Positions 33,825 to 44,707 of a DNA stretch of 64,000 nucleotides are shown here, one piece after another. The notes below the pieces were generated by a model, which did no database searches, was not told the DNA's origin, and was given only the letters and a program-made list of their open reading frames with translations. Numbering within the stretch: the first letter of the stretch is position 1; each line of letters begins with the position of its first letter. The DNA comes from Candidatus Gottesmanbacteria bacterium. Lineage in GTDB: Bacteria > Patescibacteriota > Microgenomatia > UBA10105 > UBA927. Both the position numbers and the translations under genes were made by a program. The stretch covers positions 447,054 to 511,053 of the forward strand of contig OY969569.1 in NCBI GenBank assembly GCA_963701185.1. The letters are read 5' to 3'.

Positions 33825-34472
33825 ATGAAGCGCGCGGGTGGGTATGCGGTACTCCTATTACTCCTTGCCTCTCTTGGCCTCAACGGGTACCTTGTTGCCT
33901 CCCAACAAAAATCCACTAGGGTCGCCGACGTTCATGACGGCGATACGTTTACGCTCAAAAATGGCGAACGGGTCCGGCTTTTGGGCGCCGATGCGCCGGA
34001 GTTAGGCAAATGCGGCTCCGACGAAGCAAAACAAAAACTCTCATCCCTGGTTCTCGGAAAATCCGTCCGTATTACGGAAGAAAAACGGGATACCTACGGC
34101 AGACGGATGGGATTGGTGTGGGCGGGAGTGACACTGGTGAACGAAGAATTATTAAAAAGCGGTTTTGCCCGCCCGGACTACACCCCCAGTACCCAAAATA
34201 ATCGACTGAAGGCGGCGTACAGGGATGCAACGGAGAACAACCGCGGCATCCATTCGTCCCTGTGCAAACAAGTTTCCCCCACTCCACCGAATCCAAACTG
34301 CACCATCAAAGGAAATATCGACAAAGCAACATGGACCCATTATTACCATTTGCCAAATTGCCGCCATTACAATCAGATCGTTTTGGACGCGGACATGGGG
34401 GAACAATTCTTCTGTTCCGAAAAAGAAGCCAAGGCCGCGGGATTCACCCTCGCCCCGGATTGTTTGCGGTAG
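33825..34472 (+). CDS. secreted thermonuclease (SNase-like) with Cys-containing C-terminal domain
   Basis: VHDGDTFTL...VRLLGADAPE...DTYGRRMGLVW...NEELLKSGFAR; signal peptide. Confidence 0.75.
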   Translation: MKRAGGYAVLLLLLASLGLNGYLVASQQKSTRVADVHDGDTFTLKNGERVRLLGADAPELGKCGSDEAKQKLSSLVLGKSVRITEEKRDTYGRRMGLVWAGVTLVNEELLKSGFARPDYTPSTQNNRLKAAYRDATENNRGIHSSLCKQVSPTPPNPNCTIKGNIDKATWTHYYHLPNCRHYNQIVLDADMGEQFFCSEKEAKAAGFTLAPDCLR

Positions 34473-34474
34473 AG

Positions 34475-35569
34475 CTATGCTTTTCGTTTCCCGAAATTCA
34501 TGACCATGCCGCCCAGCCCCCAGAGGGTAGCGATACTGGATACGAAAAATCCGAGAATCGGAACAGCGGCCAACAGTTCAATAATGATGACGCCGACAAG
34601 AACCTGCAGGTATAGCCCTGATTTTGTCCTGCCAAGCGCAATCAACAGCTTGTCCCCGACAATCACCGCAACATAAACTCTCGATACGACAATCATAAAC
34701 GCAAAGATAATACCCAGAATAATCGCGACCGGTATGCCGATGAGGGTAATGGCTACCATCATGATGGCAATCGGAGCCGCGATGATCGTGAGAAACCCGA
34801 CGAATCCGTCAAACCAGGGGCGCGCCAACATCTGTGACACAATCCTCTGTGTCTTTTCCCGTGAGATAAGAACAACGAACGCACCAACGATGAGATAGAA
34901 AATCATGGATCCTATTGCACGCGCCGGCCACGGGTTTACTTTAGGCGTCAATTTTTTTGCAGTTAACGGTTTCTGTTCCAGTTTTTTTGAAATGATGTGC
35001 GAAACCTTTCCCGTTATTGCCGCGCCCGTCGCTTCCGATGCTGCAGTCGGGCTGGTGTAAGTAAAATTTCCCCCTATTCGCGCTTTTTCACCCAACGAAA
35101 TAGATTCAGCAGCTGCATTCACGTCCCCGCCGATAAAATTATTCAGACGGATCGATTGTCCGGCGGCCATTAGTTCTCCGGTAACCGCTGCCTCGGGAGA
35201 AACGGTTATCGTTTGACCGGCAACAACCACATTCCGTTTCACGGGAGCAGAAATGGTCAGCAGCTGTCCGATGGAACGGATATTCCCGCCGACCGTGCCG
35301 CCAACATCAAGAGTTTGTCCCGCACACAGGACATCACCGGTAACCGTGCCCCGCACGATAATCGTTTGTCCGGCGCAGTACAGATCGCCGTTAATCGTTC
35401 CGTCGATAACCACTGAATTGCCGGCGGCCAAAAGCGACCCTTTGATAACCGTATCTTTGGGAACGGTGATATCGCTTCCCTGCCGTACCTCAAATGCGTG
35501 AACCGGAGTGAGCGACGCGGCGCCAAAGAGGAATACGATAAAAAAGAAGAAAAGGGTTTTCAGTTTCAT
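34475..35569 (-). CDS. bactofilin-like beta-helical repeat protein fused to a C-terminal multi-TM domain
   Basis: Repeats IDGTINGDLYCAGQTIIVRGTVTGDVLCAGQTLDVGGTVGGNI; C-terminal ~4 TM helices. Confidence 0.5.
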   Translation of the reverse strand: MKLKTLFFFFIVFLFGAASLTPVHAFEVRQGSDITVPKDTVIKGSLLAAGNSVVIDGTINGDLYCAGQTIIVRGTVTGDVLCAGQTLDVGGTVGGNIRSIGQLLTISAPVKRNVVVAGQTITVSPEAAVTGELMAAGQSIRLNNFIGGDVNAAAESISLGEKARIGGNFTYTSPTAASEATGAAITGKVSHIISKKLEQKPLTAKKLTPKVNPWPARAIGSMIFYLIVGAFVVLISREKTQRIVSQMLARPWFDGFVGFLTIIAAPIAIMMVAITLIGIPVAIILGIIFAFMIVVSRVYVAVIVGDKLLIALGRTKSGLYLQVLVGVIIIELLAAVPILGFFVSSIATLWGLGGMVMNFGKRKA

Positions 35570-35594
35570 ATACTTAAACTATACCACTCTTTGT

Positions 35595-36059
35595 TTACTT
35601 TTCAAGCGTCCGATAGATGTAGTGGATTCCGTTTTCTTCGTGCGGTGACTCCTCTATCACCTTCGTAAACCGCGCGTAGTCGGGGAAAAATGTGTCCGCC
35701 AGCGGGGCGACGGCATCAACGACAGTCAAATACAATCTGTCTGCTTTGGTAATCGCCTGAGCGTACACCGATCCCCCGCCGATGACAAAAATCTCGGGAT
35801 CGTTTCCCGCACGGGCTATCGCCTCATCAAGCGATGGGACGACGGTAACACCCGGTATGGTCTTTTGATGGGATATGACGATATTTAGCCGGTTCGGCAG
35901 AGGATGCCCGATGGATTCAAAAGTTTTCCGTCCCATGATCACCGGATGACCTTTTGTAATTTGTCGAAACCGCTTCAGGTCGCCTGGGAGATTCCATAAG
36001 AGATGATTATCTTTCCCTAACTCCCGGTTTTTTCCGATCACTGCAATGATTGAGATCAT
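35595..36059 (-). CDS. folA: dihydrofolate reductase
   Basis: ISIIAVIGKNRELGKDNHLLWNLPGDLKRFRQITKGHPVIMGRKTFESIG. Confidence 0.85.
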   Translation of the reverse strand: MISIIAVIGKNRELGKDNHLLWNLPGDLKRFRQITKGHPVIMGRKTFESIGHPLPNRLNIVISHQKTIPGVTVVPSLDEAIARAGNDPEIFVIGGGSVYAQAITKADRLYLTVVDAVAPLADTFFPDYARFTKVIEESPHEENGIHYIYRTLEK

Positions 36060-36129
36060 ACTTTTTTCAATATATTACCATGGTACCATGATAATATAAG
36101 AATATATTGCCGTATTATTTTTGAAATAA

Positions 36130-37080
36130 TTAAAAGCCTCCTACAACGGTAATATCTCCTTTAATCGGCGGGTGCGGGTTGTAGCCGACCAATTCAAAAT
36201 CTTCGAATTTAAATCCATCAATCGATTTCACCTTCGGATTTATCTTCATTGTCGGAAATTTCCGCGGCTTTCGCGCCAGCTGTTCCCTGCACTGCTTCAT
36301 ATGGTTCTCGTAAATATGCACGTCGCCGAATACGTGGACGAATTCACCCGGTTTGTACCCTGTCACCTGTGCAAGCATCATCGTCAGCAAGGCATACGAG
36401 GCAATATTAAACGGTACGCCCAAAAATAAATCGGCGCTGCGCTGATACAACAGGAGCGACAATTTATCGCCCGTGATATTGATGTGGAACATGGTGTGGC
36501 ACGGCGCAATCACCATCGAGGCGGCGTGACTCCCGCTCATTTCGTAGATACACCCGGCATTCCAGGCGCTGATAATATAATGTTTCTTCATGGGATATTT
36601 TTTGATTTTTTCAATCGCCCACCCAAGTTGGTCAACGGTGCGCGTGTGATTGACGGGCCACTTCCGCCACTGCACCCCGTACACCGGCCCCAGTTCTCCC
36701 CATTTCTTCAAAAATTTCGGATCGGTCTTGGCTTTTTCCATGAACGCTTCAAACGTCATGGATTGTGCTTTATGATCCCGGACCGCCCATTCATATTTTT
36801 TATACGCCCACTCGTCCCAGATGTGCACGTTGTTATCCAGTAAATATTTAATGTTCGATTCCCCCGACAAAAACCACAGAAGCTCATGAATAATCCCGCG
36901 GGTAAATACTTTTTTTGTGGTGAGAACAGGCAATCCCTTTGAAAGATCGTACCGGCAGATTCGGCCGAAAACGCTTTTTAATTTTACCCCGGTTGAGTGG
37001 CTGACCTTCCACTTCCCGTGCTTCATAATATCGGTCATGAGATCCAGATACTGATATTCGGGATGGGTATGTGTTTTCAT
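36130..37080 (-). CDS. thyA: thymidylate synthase (ThyA type)
   Basis: LLYQRSADLFLGVPFNIASYALLTMM, HVFGDVHIY. Confidence 0.9.
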   Translation of the reverse strand: MKTHTHPEYQYLDLMTDIMKHGKWKVSHSTGVKLKSVFGRICRYDLSKGLPVLTTKKVFTRGIIHELLWFLSGESNIKYLLDNNVHIWDEWAYKKYEWAVRDHKAQSMTFEAFMEKAKTDPKFLKKWGELGPVYGVQWRKWPVNHTRTVDQLGWAIEKIKKYPMKKHYIISAWNAGCIYEMSGSHAASMVIAPCHTMFHINITGDKLSLLLYQRSADLFLGVPFNIASYALLTMMLAQVTGYKPGEFVHVFGDVHIYENHMKQCREQLARKPRKFPTMKINPKVKSIDGFKFEDFELVGYNPHPPIKGDITVVGGF

Positions 37081-37550
37081 TTTTCTGTAATGACCGCAGT
37101 CATCGGAACATCATACGATGAATGCGGAACTTCTGCAACCATTTGAAATGCATACGCAAGACCGATTTTTGGTGCCGTGATATGAGCCAGAAGCCGGTCA
37201 TAGTATCCCTTCCCCCGCCCGAGCCGGTTTCCGTCCCGGTCAAACGCAACACCGGGGACGATAAATACGTCAACTAATGTGGGATCAACGATTGGGGTCG
37301 ATTTTTTCGGTTCAAGGATCTGATATGTCCCCCGGGTAAAATCGCGAATTGACGTCACCCGGTGAAGAACCAATCCATTTTTTACAATTCTCGGAAAGAC
37401 GACTGTTTTTTCCGCAGTAAGGGCCGCCGCCAACAACGGTTTTGTGTCTACTTCGTCGTCCCGCGAAAAATATAAACAGACCGTACTTGCTTCTCCCCAT
37501 TCGGGCCGCGCCATCACCCTGGTACAAATGGTATAGTCTGCCTCCTGCAT
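37077..37550 (-). CDS. 5-formyltetrahydrofolate cyclo-ligase
   Basis: VPGVAFDRDGNRLGRGKGYYDRLL. Confidence 0.8.
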   Translation of the reverse strand: MQEADYTICTRVMARPEWGEASTVCLYFSRDDEVDTKPLLAAALTAEKTVVFPRIVKNGLVLHRVTSIRDFTRGTYQILEPKKSTPIVDPTLVDVFIVPGVAFDRDGNRLGRGKGYYDRLLAHITAPKIGLAYAFQMVAEVPHSSYDVPMTAVITEK

Positions 37551-37569
37551 ATCGGGTATACTTACTATT

Positions 37570-40068
37570 ATGAAACCTATCGGCTTGTCGGATCAAGAAG
37601 CGGAAAAACGCTTGATGAGGTACGGACCAAACGAAATTGTCGACAAACCGCGGGCAACGCCATTGGCGATTTTTGTCTCCCAGTTTACCAGCCTTCTTAT
37701 TATTCTTTTGATGATTGCCGCGGCCCTCTCGTTATTTTTAGGCGACGTTCTGGACGGGGTATTTATTCTCCTCATCGTGATCCTCAACGGTGTTTTGGGC
37801 TTCATGCAGGAATATAAGGCGGAGAAAGCGATCGCGGCACTCAAAAAAATGACCGTTTCCTCCATACGGGTCATCCGCGGCGGCATTGAACACAAAATCG
37901 ACAGCAAGATGCTCGTACCCGGCGACATCATCCTCCTTGAAGAAGGCGATAAAGTTCCCGCCGATTGCCGGCTTCTCACGAGTCTGCATCTTGAGGCCAA
38001 TGAGGCATCCCTCACCGGCGAATCCATGCCGGTTGAAAAAACCCTTTCCGACGTTGCCAAAAATCATGTCTATCTGGGAACGATCATCGCCAAAGGCCGC
38101 GGCACGGCGGTTGTCGAGACCACGGGGATGCAGACAAAATTCGGCGGGATTGCCGCATCGCTTTCCAGTATCGGGGAAGAAGAAACTCCCCTGCAGAAAA
38201 AATTGCATACACTGGGGAAACAACTGGGGATCGTCGCGATATTCGCATCCGGTGTCGTATTTGCCATCGGGTATTTCTCACACCAACCCTTTATCGAGAT
38301 GATCCTCACGAGCGTCAGTCTTGCGGTTGCGGCTGTCCCTGAAGGACTCCCTGCCGTCATTACCATTACGCTTGCCATCGGCATGCAGAGGATGGCAAAG
38401 AAAAAAGCGATACTGCGTAAATTGTCGTCGATAGAGGCCCTTGGCAGTACCACAATCATTGCGACGGACAAAACGGGGACGCTGACGAAAAACGAAATGC
38501 GGGTCGAGAGATTTTGGACGCACGCCAAAACCGACCGCGCGATGCACGACCTTCTGACGACCGGTGTCCTGTGCAATAACGCAAGTCTTGTCTATAAAGA
38601 AGACCACTCCTCCTATGACGTGCTGGGAGATACGACCGAGGGAGCACTGCTTCTGTTGGCGGCGGATAAAGGAATGGATGCCGGGCAGCTGAAACTGAAC
38701 GGTTCACTTGTTGAAGAATTTGCCTTTGACCCGACACTGAAGATGATGAGCGTGGTCTGGAAAAACGACGGAACGCTCACCATATATAGTAAAGGCGCTC
38801 CGGAATCCGTCCTTGCCAGATGTGCGCGACTTACCGCTGCCGAAAAAATTACAATAGAAAAATCATTTCAGCAGTATGCCCGGGAGGGACTGCGCGTTAT
38901 CGCCCTTGCCCAAAAAACCGTCCGTCAGATACCCAAGACGCGGGACGGGGCCGAGCGCGGCCTCGCGTTCATCGGATTTGTCGGGATTGCCGATCCGGCG
39001 CGCGAGGAAGTGAAAGACGCCATCGCTGTCGCCCAATCCGCAGGAATTAAAACCATTATGATTACCGGCGACAACGAACTCACTGCCCGTGCCATCGGGG
39101 AAAAAATCGGGCTTCTGCAAAAAGGCGATGAGGTCGTGAGCGGCCACCAATTCTCCCAACTGTCCGACCAGGAGGCCATCGGGCGGCTCCCTGTCATCCG
39201 GATATTTGCCCGTACGACGCCGGATCAAAAACTGCGCATCGTCCAACTGCTGCAGCGCATGGGCCATGTTGTTGCCGTGACCGGCGACGGCGTCAATGAT
39301 GCGCCGGCCATCAAACAATCGGACGTCGGGGTGGCGATGGGAATTACCGGAACGGATGTTGCCAAGGAGGCATCGGATATGATCCTGACCGATGACAATT
39401 ATGCAACGCTCGTGACGGCGGTTGAGGAAGGCAGGACAATTTTTGACAACATTAAATCCGCCATAAAATATCTGGTGGGGTGCAACATCGGGGAAATACT
39501 TGCCGTCGTGATCGGTATGCTCCTGGGCTGGCCCCTTATTCTTACCCCGCTGCAGCTTCTTTACATTAATCTCGTCACTGACGGACTTCCTGCTATCGCT
39601 CTTGCCGTGACACCCAAACATGAACGGATTATGCAAAGGAAACCCCGGACTGCCCAAAACATATTCGACCGCGTGGATATGGTGTGGTTTTTTGAAGTAT
39701 CGCTATTAACCGCGGGAACAACGCTTGTCGCTTTTTGGATCGGGTACCAAACACAGCAGTTGGACGCTGCGCGGGCGTTTGCGTTTACCACCATTATCCT
39801 CGTCCAGCACTTCATCTTCTGGGACATCCGGGTGCGGGAGCGGTCCATTCTGCAGAAAAACCTCCTGAAAGATTCCATGTTTCTCTTCACGTTTTTCACC
39901 CCGCTTATCCTCCAGCTCTTTCTGCTGTATGTTCCGGTGTTGTCGGCGGTCTTTCACGTCGCCCGTATTTCCGGTCCGCAGCTTACCACCATTATCCTTC
40001 TTTCATCCGTGCTTCTGGTAACATCGGAAGTCCGTAAATATATACTGCACCATGAAACGCCACGCTAA
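37570..40068 (+). CDS. P-type cation-transporting ATPase (type II)
   Basis: DKTGTLT, TGDN, GDGVNDAPA, 10 TM. Confidence 0.9.
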   Translation: MKPIGLSDQEAEKRLMRYGPNEIVDKPRATPLAIFVSQFTSLLIILLMIAAALSLFLGDVLDGVFILLIVILNGVLGFMQEYKAEKAIAALKKMTVSSIRVIRGGIEHKIDSKMLVPGDIILLEEGDKVPADCRLLTSLHLEANEASLTGESMPVEKTLSDVAKNHVYLGTIIAKGRGTAVVETTGMQTKFGGIAASLSSIGEEETPLQKKLHTLGKQLGIVAIFASGVVFAIGYFSHQPFIEMILTSVSLAVAAVPEGLPAVITITLAIGMQRMAKKKAILRKLSSIEALGSTTIIATDKTGTLTKNEMRVERFWTHAKTDRAMHDLLTTGVLCNNASLVYKEDHSSYDVLGDTTEGALLLLAADKGMDAGQLKLNGSLVEEFAFDPTLKMMSVVWKNDGTLTIYSKGAPESVLARCARLTAAEKITIEKSFQQYAREGLRVIALAQKTVRQIPKTRDGAERGLAFIGFVGIADPAREEVKDAIAVAQSAGIKTIMITGDNELTARAIGEKIGLLQKGDEVVSGHQFSQLSDQEAIGRLPVIRIFARTTPDQKLRIVQLLQRMGHVVAVTGDGVNDAPAIKQSDVGVAMGITGTDVAKEASDMILTDDNYATLVTAVEEGRTIFDNIKSAIKYLVGCNIGEILAVVIGMLLGWPLILTPLQLLYINLVTDGLPAIALAVTPKHERIMQRKPRTAQNIFDRVDMVWFFEVSLLTAGTTLVAFWIGYQTQQLDAARAFAFTTIILVQHFIFWDIRVRERSILQKNLLKDSMFLFTFFTPLILQLFLLYVPVLSAVFHVARISGPQLTTIILLSSVLLVTSEVRKYILHHETPR

Positions 40069-40630
40069 ACATCACGCAAAACATCATTATAAAAATATCA
40101 TTCTCGTTTGTATCGGTATTCTTGCCGCAATTCTTCTCTCGCGGAGTGGTGAATTCAGTGCGGTTCTCCTGCATTTAGGGACATTCGGGTATATCGGGGC
40201 TTTTTTTGCCGGCATGCTGTTTGTGTCTACGTTTACCGCCCCAACAGGCATGGTGATGCTCTTCATCCTCGCCCAGCGGTATAGTGCCGTAGAAATCGGT
40301 TTAATCGCCGGCGCGGGAGCGGTCGTAACGGATATGCTTATTTTCCGTTTTGTGAGGGACGATTTGTCGGACGAACTGAAGTATTTGTACTCACACTACG
40401 CGGGATCACACATAAAACACATATTCCATTCAAAATATTTTCACTGGACGCTGCCGGTCATCGGGGCCCTCATCATCGCCTCCCCCCTGCCGGATGAACT
40501 GGGAGTCAGTCTTCTGGGAATTTCGAAAATGAAACCGCTCCAGTTCATCTTCACATCGTTTTGTCTCAATTCCGCAGGAATATTCCTCATTGTTTCAGGA
40601 GCATCGCTTCTGCCTCTTCTGGCGAATTAG
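40052..40630 (+). CDS. small polytopic membrane protein
   Basis: His/Lys-rich N-terminus then 5-6 TM helices. Confidence 0.4.
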   Translation: MKRHAKHHAKHHYKNIILVCIGILAAILLSRSGEFSAVLLHLGTFGYIGAFFAGMLFVSTFTAPTGMVMLFILAQRYSAVEIGLIAGAGAVVTDMLIFRFVRDDLSDELKYLYSHYAGSHIKHIFHSKYFHWTLPVIGALIIASPLPDELGVSLLGISKMKPLQFIFTSFCLNSAGIFLIVSGASLLPLLAN

Positions 40631-41552
40631 TTTCCATTAACCGTTCCCGTACTTCGCTTGCGTGGGGAAACCCCTGGACATAAATTTTGAAGAATTTTTT
40701 CAGGATGGCAAAATTCCGGCCAGTTTTTTCAAACAGCGCCATGTGCTTTCTCATCATCCGGAATAATTCCTTATGATCGTCCATATGCGTGATGCCGTTT
40801 CTGTCAAACGCCCAGAGGTTATGGAAAATACCCCGGCCGATCATGGCTCCGTCCGTGCCGTATGTTTTGCACTTCTCCCGCGCATCGGCATAATCGGCAA
40901 CATCGCCGTTTCCGATCATGATTGTGTCTTTCTTCATGTGATTTTTCAGTGCAACGGCCTTTCCTATTTCATCCCAATGCGCCGGAACTTTCGATAATTC
41001 CGAAACGGTGCGCCCGTGAATGATAAGTGCATCCAAATTTTGTTCGAGCAAAAATTGTATCCAGTCATCTGAAATCTTTTTGTACCCAAGTCTTGTTTTG
41101 ACGCTGACCGGGATTCCCCCTTCTTTTGTAGCGCTAATAATCTCTTTCATAAGCGGCGGGTCCTGGATAAGACACGCTCCCCCGCCGCGGGACGTTACAC
41201 TTTTTTGCGGACACCCCGCATTGATATCCACGCCGTCAAATTTCATGTCCGCAATTAATTTGGCTGCTTTGTAAAATAATTCCGGCGTATTTCCCCAAAT
41301 CTGGGCTACGATGGGATGTTCGCCGGGCGTGTAATCAAAACGGTGGATAACCTCCTCCCGGCCCCGCGAAAACAACCCGTCCACGCTCGTAAATTCAGTA
41401 AAAAATACCGTGGGGCGGGCGGCTGCGGCGACAATCCGGCGGAATACCGTATCCGTCACGTCTTCCATCGGCGCAAGCGCCAAAATCGGACGGGGTAAAT
41501 CCTGCCAAAAAGATTTCATATGACTTGACAGTGTACCATCCTCGTGGAACAA
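40587..41552 (-). CDS. dus: tRNA-dihydrouridine synthase
   Basis: LAPMEDVTDTVFRRI, GVDINAGCPQKSVTSRGGGACL. Confidence 0.85.
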   Translation of the reverse strand: MFHEDGTLSSHMKSFWQDLPRPILALAPMEDVTDTVFRRIVAAAARPTVFFTEFTSVDGLFSRGREEVIHRFDYTPGEHPIVAQIWGNTPELFYKAAKLIADMKFDGVDINAGCPQKSVTSRGGGACLIQDPPLMKEIISATKEGGIPVSVKTRLGYKKISDDWIQFLLEQNLDALIIHGRTVSELSKVPAHWDEIGKAVALKNHMKKDTIMIGNGDVADYADAREKCKTYGTDGAMIGRGIFHNLWAFDRNGITHMDDHKELFRMMRKHMALFEKTGRNFAILKKFFKIYVQGFPHASEVRERLMETNSPEEAEAMLLKQ

Positions 41553-41561
41553 TGCAAATAT

Positions 41562-41954
41562 ATGAAAAACAAAACATACATATTTATTTTCGGCAGTATT
41601 ATTCTTATCTTCTTAGGTATGGCACTCGTTGCGATAATCGGCAAAACCGCGCCGTCCAGCCCATCCAGTGATATCCGGGCACGCGCCGGAACCCAAACCG
41701 CGCTCAAGCTCGTCGGTGTTGTCGCTTCCGTGAATGAAGCGAAAGGGACCCTGCAGGTAACGGACGTACAACTTGCCGAAACCAGCCGCTCCGGGGCCGC
41801 ACAAAATTACGGAGAATGGACAATCACGGCACCGCCGGGGTTTAATCTCGCTTCAGTTCCACCGGGAACATCCGTCACGATCGGGGTTGATTCGTCAACA
41901 TTTAATATCGCCAGTCACGCGGTAACGGCCCTCACATTAACTCCGGGAAAGTAG
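41562..41954 (+). CDS. hypothetical membrane-anchored protein
   Basis: Start at MKNKTYIF; N-terminal TM. Confidence 0.35.
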   Translation: MKNKTYIFIFGSIILIFLGMALVAIIGKTAPSSPSSDIRARAGTQTALKLVGVVASVNEAKGTLQVTDVQLAETSRSGAAQNYGEWTITAPPGFNLASVPPGTSVTIGVDSSTFNIASHAVTALTLTPGK

Positions 41955-43337
41955 CGGTCCCGCCGGGGTATCTTCCAGCGTATACCCTTTCTTCTCAAGA
42001 ATTTTCCGTATTTGGTCAGACTCCGCAAACTTCTTTTCTTCACGCAGTTTCTGCCGTTTCTCTGCCAGTTTCCGGATCTCCTGCGGAATTTCTTCGATGA
42101 TATTCAATTTTAATCCCAATACCTCATCAAAATCGATTAACAGATCGTATTTATCCGGCGCAGGGATATTGCTTTTGACGACTTCCCACACCACGGCCAG
42201 CGCAGCCGCCGTATTCATGTCATCCGCAAGGGCATCGTCAAACTCTTGTCTATATGCATCTAGTTTTTTCAGCTTTTCCTCGGAAAGTGAGTTCCTGTCG
42301 GAATTTTTCATTGCGGCCATCTGTTTTCGAAGTTCGCTCAGTGAATTTCTCGCTGCCGTTAACCCTTCCCATGTAAAATTCTGAGTTTTTCGGTAATGCG
42401 TTGTCAGATATAAATATCGAAGCGCTAACGGATCAAAACCCTTATTGGAGATATCCTCAACGGTGTAAAAGTTGCCCAGACTCTTACTCATTTTTTTGCC
42501 GTCAACCGTCAAAAACGCATAATGCACCCAATAGGTCACAAACGGTTTCCCTGTTGCCGCTTCGGACTGGGCTATTTCGTTCGGGTGATGCACAGGAATG
42601 TGATCAATCCCTCCGGTGTGGATATCAAATGTTTCTCCCAAGTATTTCATGCTCATCGCAGAGCATTCAATATGCCAGCCGGGAAATCCGTCCCCCCAGG
42701 GGCTCGGCCAGTGCATCGTATGATCGGAAAATCTCCCCACCCGCTTAAACCACAGTGCGAAATCCGCGGCATGCTTTTTATGTTCACCGGTTTGAACTGT
42801 GTCGCGCACCGCAATTTGTTTTTCCCGCAAATCCTGATTCCCAAACAGCGATGCGTATTTTGGAAATTTCGCTACGTCAAAATACACTGCCTCCGGCGTA
42901 TCGTAGGCAAATCCTTTCTCAACCAGTCGCTGTACCAGCGCAATTTGTTCAGGAATATGGTCAGTCGCTTTACAGATGACGGTCGGGCGGAGTACGTTTA
43001 GGCGGTCCATCGAATCATAAAAATGTTTTGTAAAAAATTCCGCGACCTCCCAAACAGTTTTTCCCTGTTTTTTTGCCCCTTTCTCCAGCTTGTCTTCTCC
43101 CGCATCTTCATCGGAAACCAAATGTCCCACGTCAGTCACGTTCTGTACATGCGTCACATTGTATCCAAAACGTGTCAGCGTCCGGCGTAAAATATCATCC
43201 CCGACATATTTCCTTCCGTGCCCGATATGAGCCGCGTCATACACCGTCATACCGCAGGTATACATGCCGACCTCGGGAGGATGGATCGGAACAAAATTTT
43301 CGATTTTTCGGGAAAGGCTGTTATAGAGTTTCAGCAT
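41937..43337 (-). CDS. cysS: cysteinyl-tRNA synthetase
   Basis: HIGH (AHIGHGR) and KMSKS motifs. Confidence 0.9.
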   Translation of the reverse strand: MLKLYNSLSRKIENFVPIHPPEVGMYTCGMTVYDAAHIGHGRKYVGDDILRRTLTRFGYNVTHVQNVTDVGHLVSDEDAGEDKLEKGAKKQGKTVWEVAEFFTKHFYDSMDRLNVLRPTVICKATDHIPEQIALVQRLVEKGFAYDTPEAVYFDVAKFPKYASLFGNQDLREKQIAVRDTVQTGEHKKHAADFALWFKRVGRFSDHTMHWPSPWGDGFPGWHIECSAMSMKYLGETFDIHTGGIDHIPVHHPNEIAQSEAATGKPFVTYWVHYAFLTVDGKKMSKSLGNFYTVEDISNKGFDPLALRYLYLTTHYRKTQNFTWEGLTAARNSLSELRKQMAAMKNSDRNSLSEEKLKKLDAYRQEFDDALADDMNTAAALAVVWEVVKSNIPAPDKYDLLIDFDEVLGLKLNIIEEIPQEIRKLAEKRQKLREEKKFAESDQIRKILEKKGYTLEDTPAGPLLSRS

Positions 43338-43352
43338 AAAATAATTATATCA

Positions 43353-43793
43353 TCAGTCCTGCCGGGTGTTTTTGCTCATTTCGGAACTCGATTTCTGTTT
43401 GATGCCGTATAAATTGCCCCGCTTCGGTTTACTGGATCCGGTAACAATCGGCGCCATTTTTTGGACGACCGCAGCCTGCTTCTGTTCCTTTTCATTTTTT
43501 TCCTGCTTTTCTTTTTCCAGCCGTTCCTGAACCGTGGACTCCGGTTGTTTTTTATTCTTTCCTGCCAGTTCCGCCAACCATTCCCGCGGGGGTACGGGTT
43601 TTGAAGGTTCATTCAAATTATTCTGTTGTTTTTGTGTTTGCTTCGGATTGTTTGATTTCGTTCCCAAACTCTCTAACGCTTTGCCTGCAATATCCGTCGG
43701 AACCTTCGCCGCCTCTCGGACGATATCTTTCCCAATATCTTCAAACGAACCGATGATTTGTTTTACAGTGCCAGTCATATCAGGAAAATCCAA
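43353..43793 (-). CDS. hypothetical Lys/Gln/Glu-rich low-complexity protein
   Basis: 146 aa. Confidence 0.35.
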   Translation of the reverse strand: MDFPDMTGTVKQIIGSFEDIGKDIVREAAKVPTDIAGKALESLGTKSNNPKQTQKQQNNLNEPSKPVPPREWLAELAGKNKKQPESTVQERLEKEKQEKNEKEQKQAAVVQKMAPIVTGSSKPKRGNLYGIKQKSSSEMSKNTRQD

Positions 43794-44085
43794 GCTGTTC
43801 TTTTGCCTCTTTACTCATCCGGTCAACGGTCCACGGCGGCTCAAACGTCAATGTGAGCTCCACTTTTTTTACGCCACCAAGCTTACCGACTTGCTGCCGG
43901 ATCGGCTCGGCAATTTGCTCAAATAACGGACAGCCGACGGACGTAAGCGTCATAAGGATTTCTACCCCACCCGTTTTTTTATTGACATCAATATTGTATA
44001 CGAGCCCCAAATCCCACAGCGACACCCCGATCTCCGGATCCGGAATCTTCTTCAATACCTTTTCCACGTCTTTTTTGGTTACCAT
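43780..44085 (-). CDS. DUF59 / MIP18-family Fe-S assembly protein (SufT-like)
   Basis: VLKKIPDPEIGVSLWDLGLVY...LTSVGCP. Confidence 0.7.
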   Translation of the reverse strand: MVTKKDVEKVLKKIPDPEIGVSLWDLGLVYNIDVNKKTGGVEILMTLTSVGCPLFEQIAEPIRQQVGKLGGVKKVELTLTFEPPWTVDRMSKEAKEQLGFS

Positions 44086-44094
44086 AGCTTCAAA

Positions 44095-44694
44095 TTAATA
44101 TTCCCTTCTTCCTTCCAAAGCCCGCGAAAGAGTGACTTCGTCCGCGTATTCGATATCCGCCCCGACCGGAAGTCCGTGGGCCAATCTTGTAATTTTTAAT
44201 TTTTCATTTTTCATTTTTAATTGTTTTGTGATATACATCGCCGTCGCCTCCCCTTCCATATTCGGATTCATTGCGAGAATAATTTCTTCAACATTCTTTA
44301 CGCGCTTAAGCAAATCCGCAATATACAACTCATCAGGCCCGATGTTATTTAGGGGATCAATGGACCCGTGCAGAACATGATAGACGCCGTTAAATTTCCC
44401 CGTGCGCTCGATGGACAGTACATCCGTCGGGCTCTCCACGGCACAGATGACGGTCTGGTCGCGCGCGGGATTACTGCAAATGGCGCACGGGTCCTGCTCC
44501 GCTATATTTTTGCAGACAGAACATAACACGGTATTTGCTTTGAGATCCGTCAGATGTTTGGCAAATTGATTCAATTCTTCCTCCGGAACGTGCAGAAGAT
44601 AAAATGCAAGACGCGTCGCGGTTTTGGGCCCGATGCCCGGCAGCCGCTCAAACGACTCAATCACCTTTGATACTGCTTTCGGAAGAATTGCCAT
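44095..44694 (-). CDS. recR: recombination protein RecR
   Basis: Start at MAILPKAV; LPGIGPKTATRLAFYLL; C4 zinc finger CSVC..CAIC; Toprim. Confidence 0.9.
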   Translation of the reverse strand: MAILPKAVSKVIESFERLPGIGPKTATRLAFYLLHVPEEELNQFAKHLTDLKANTVLCSVCKNIAEQDPCAICSNPARDQTVICAVESPTDVLSIERTGKFNGVYHVLHGSIDPLNNIGPDELYIADLLKRVKNVEEIILAMNPNMEGEATAMYITKQLKMKNEKLKITRLAHGLPVGADIEYADEVTLSRALEGRREY

Positions 44695-44707
44695 ACGCCC
44701 CTGTATT

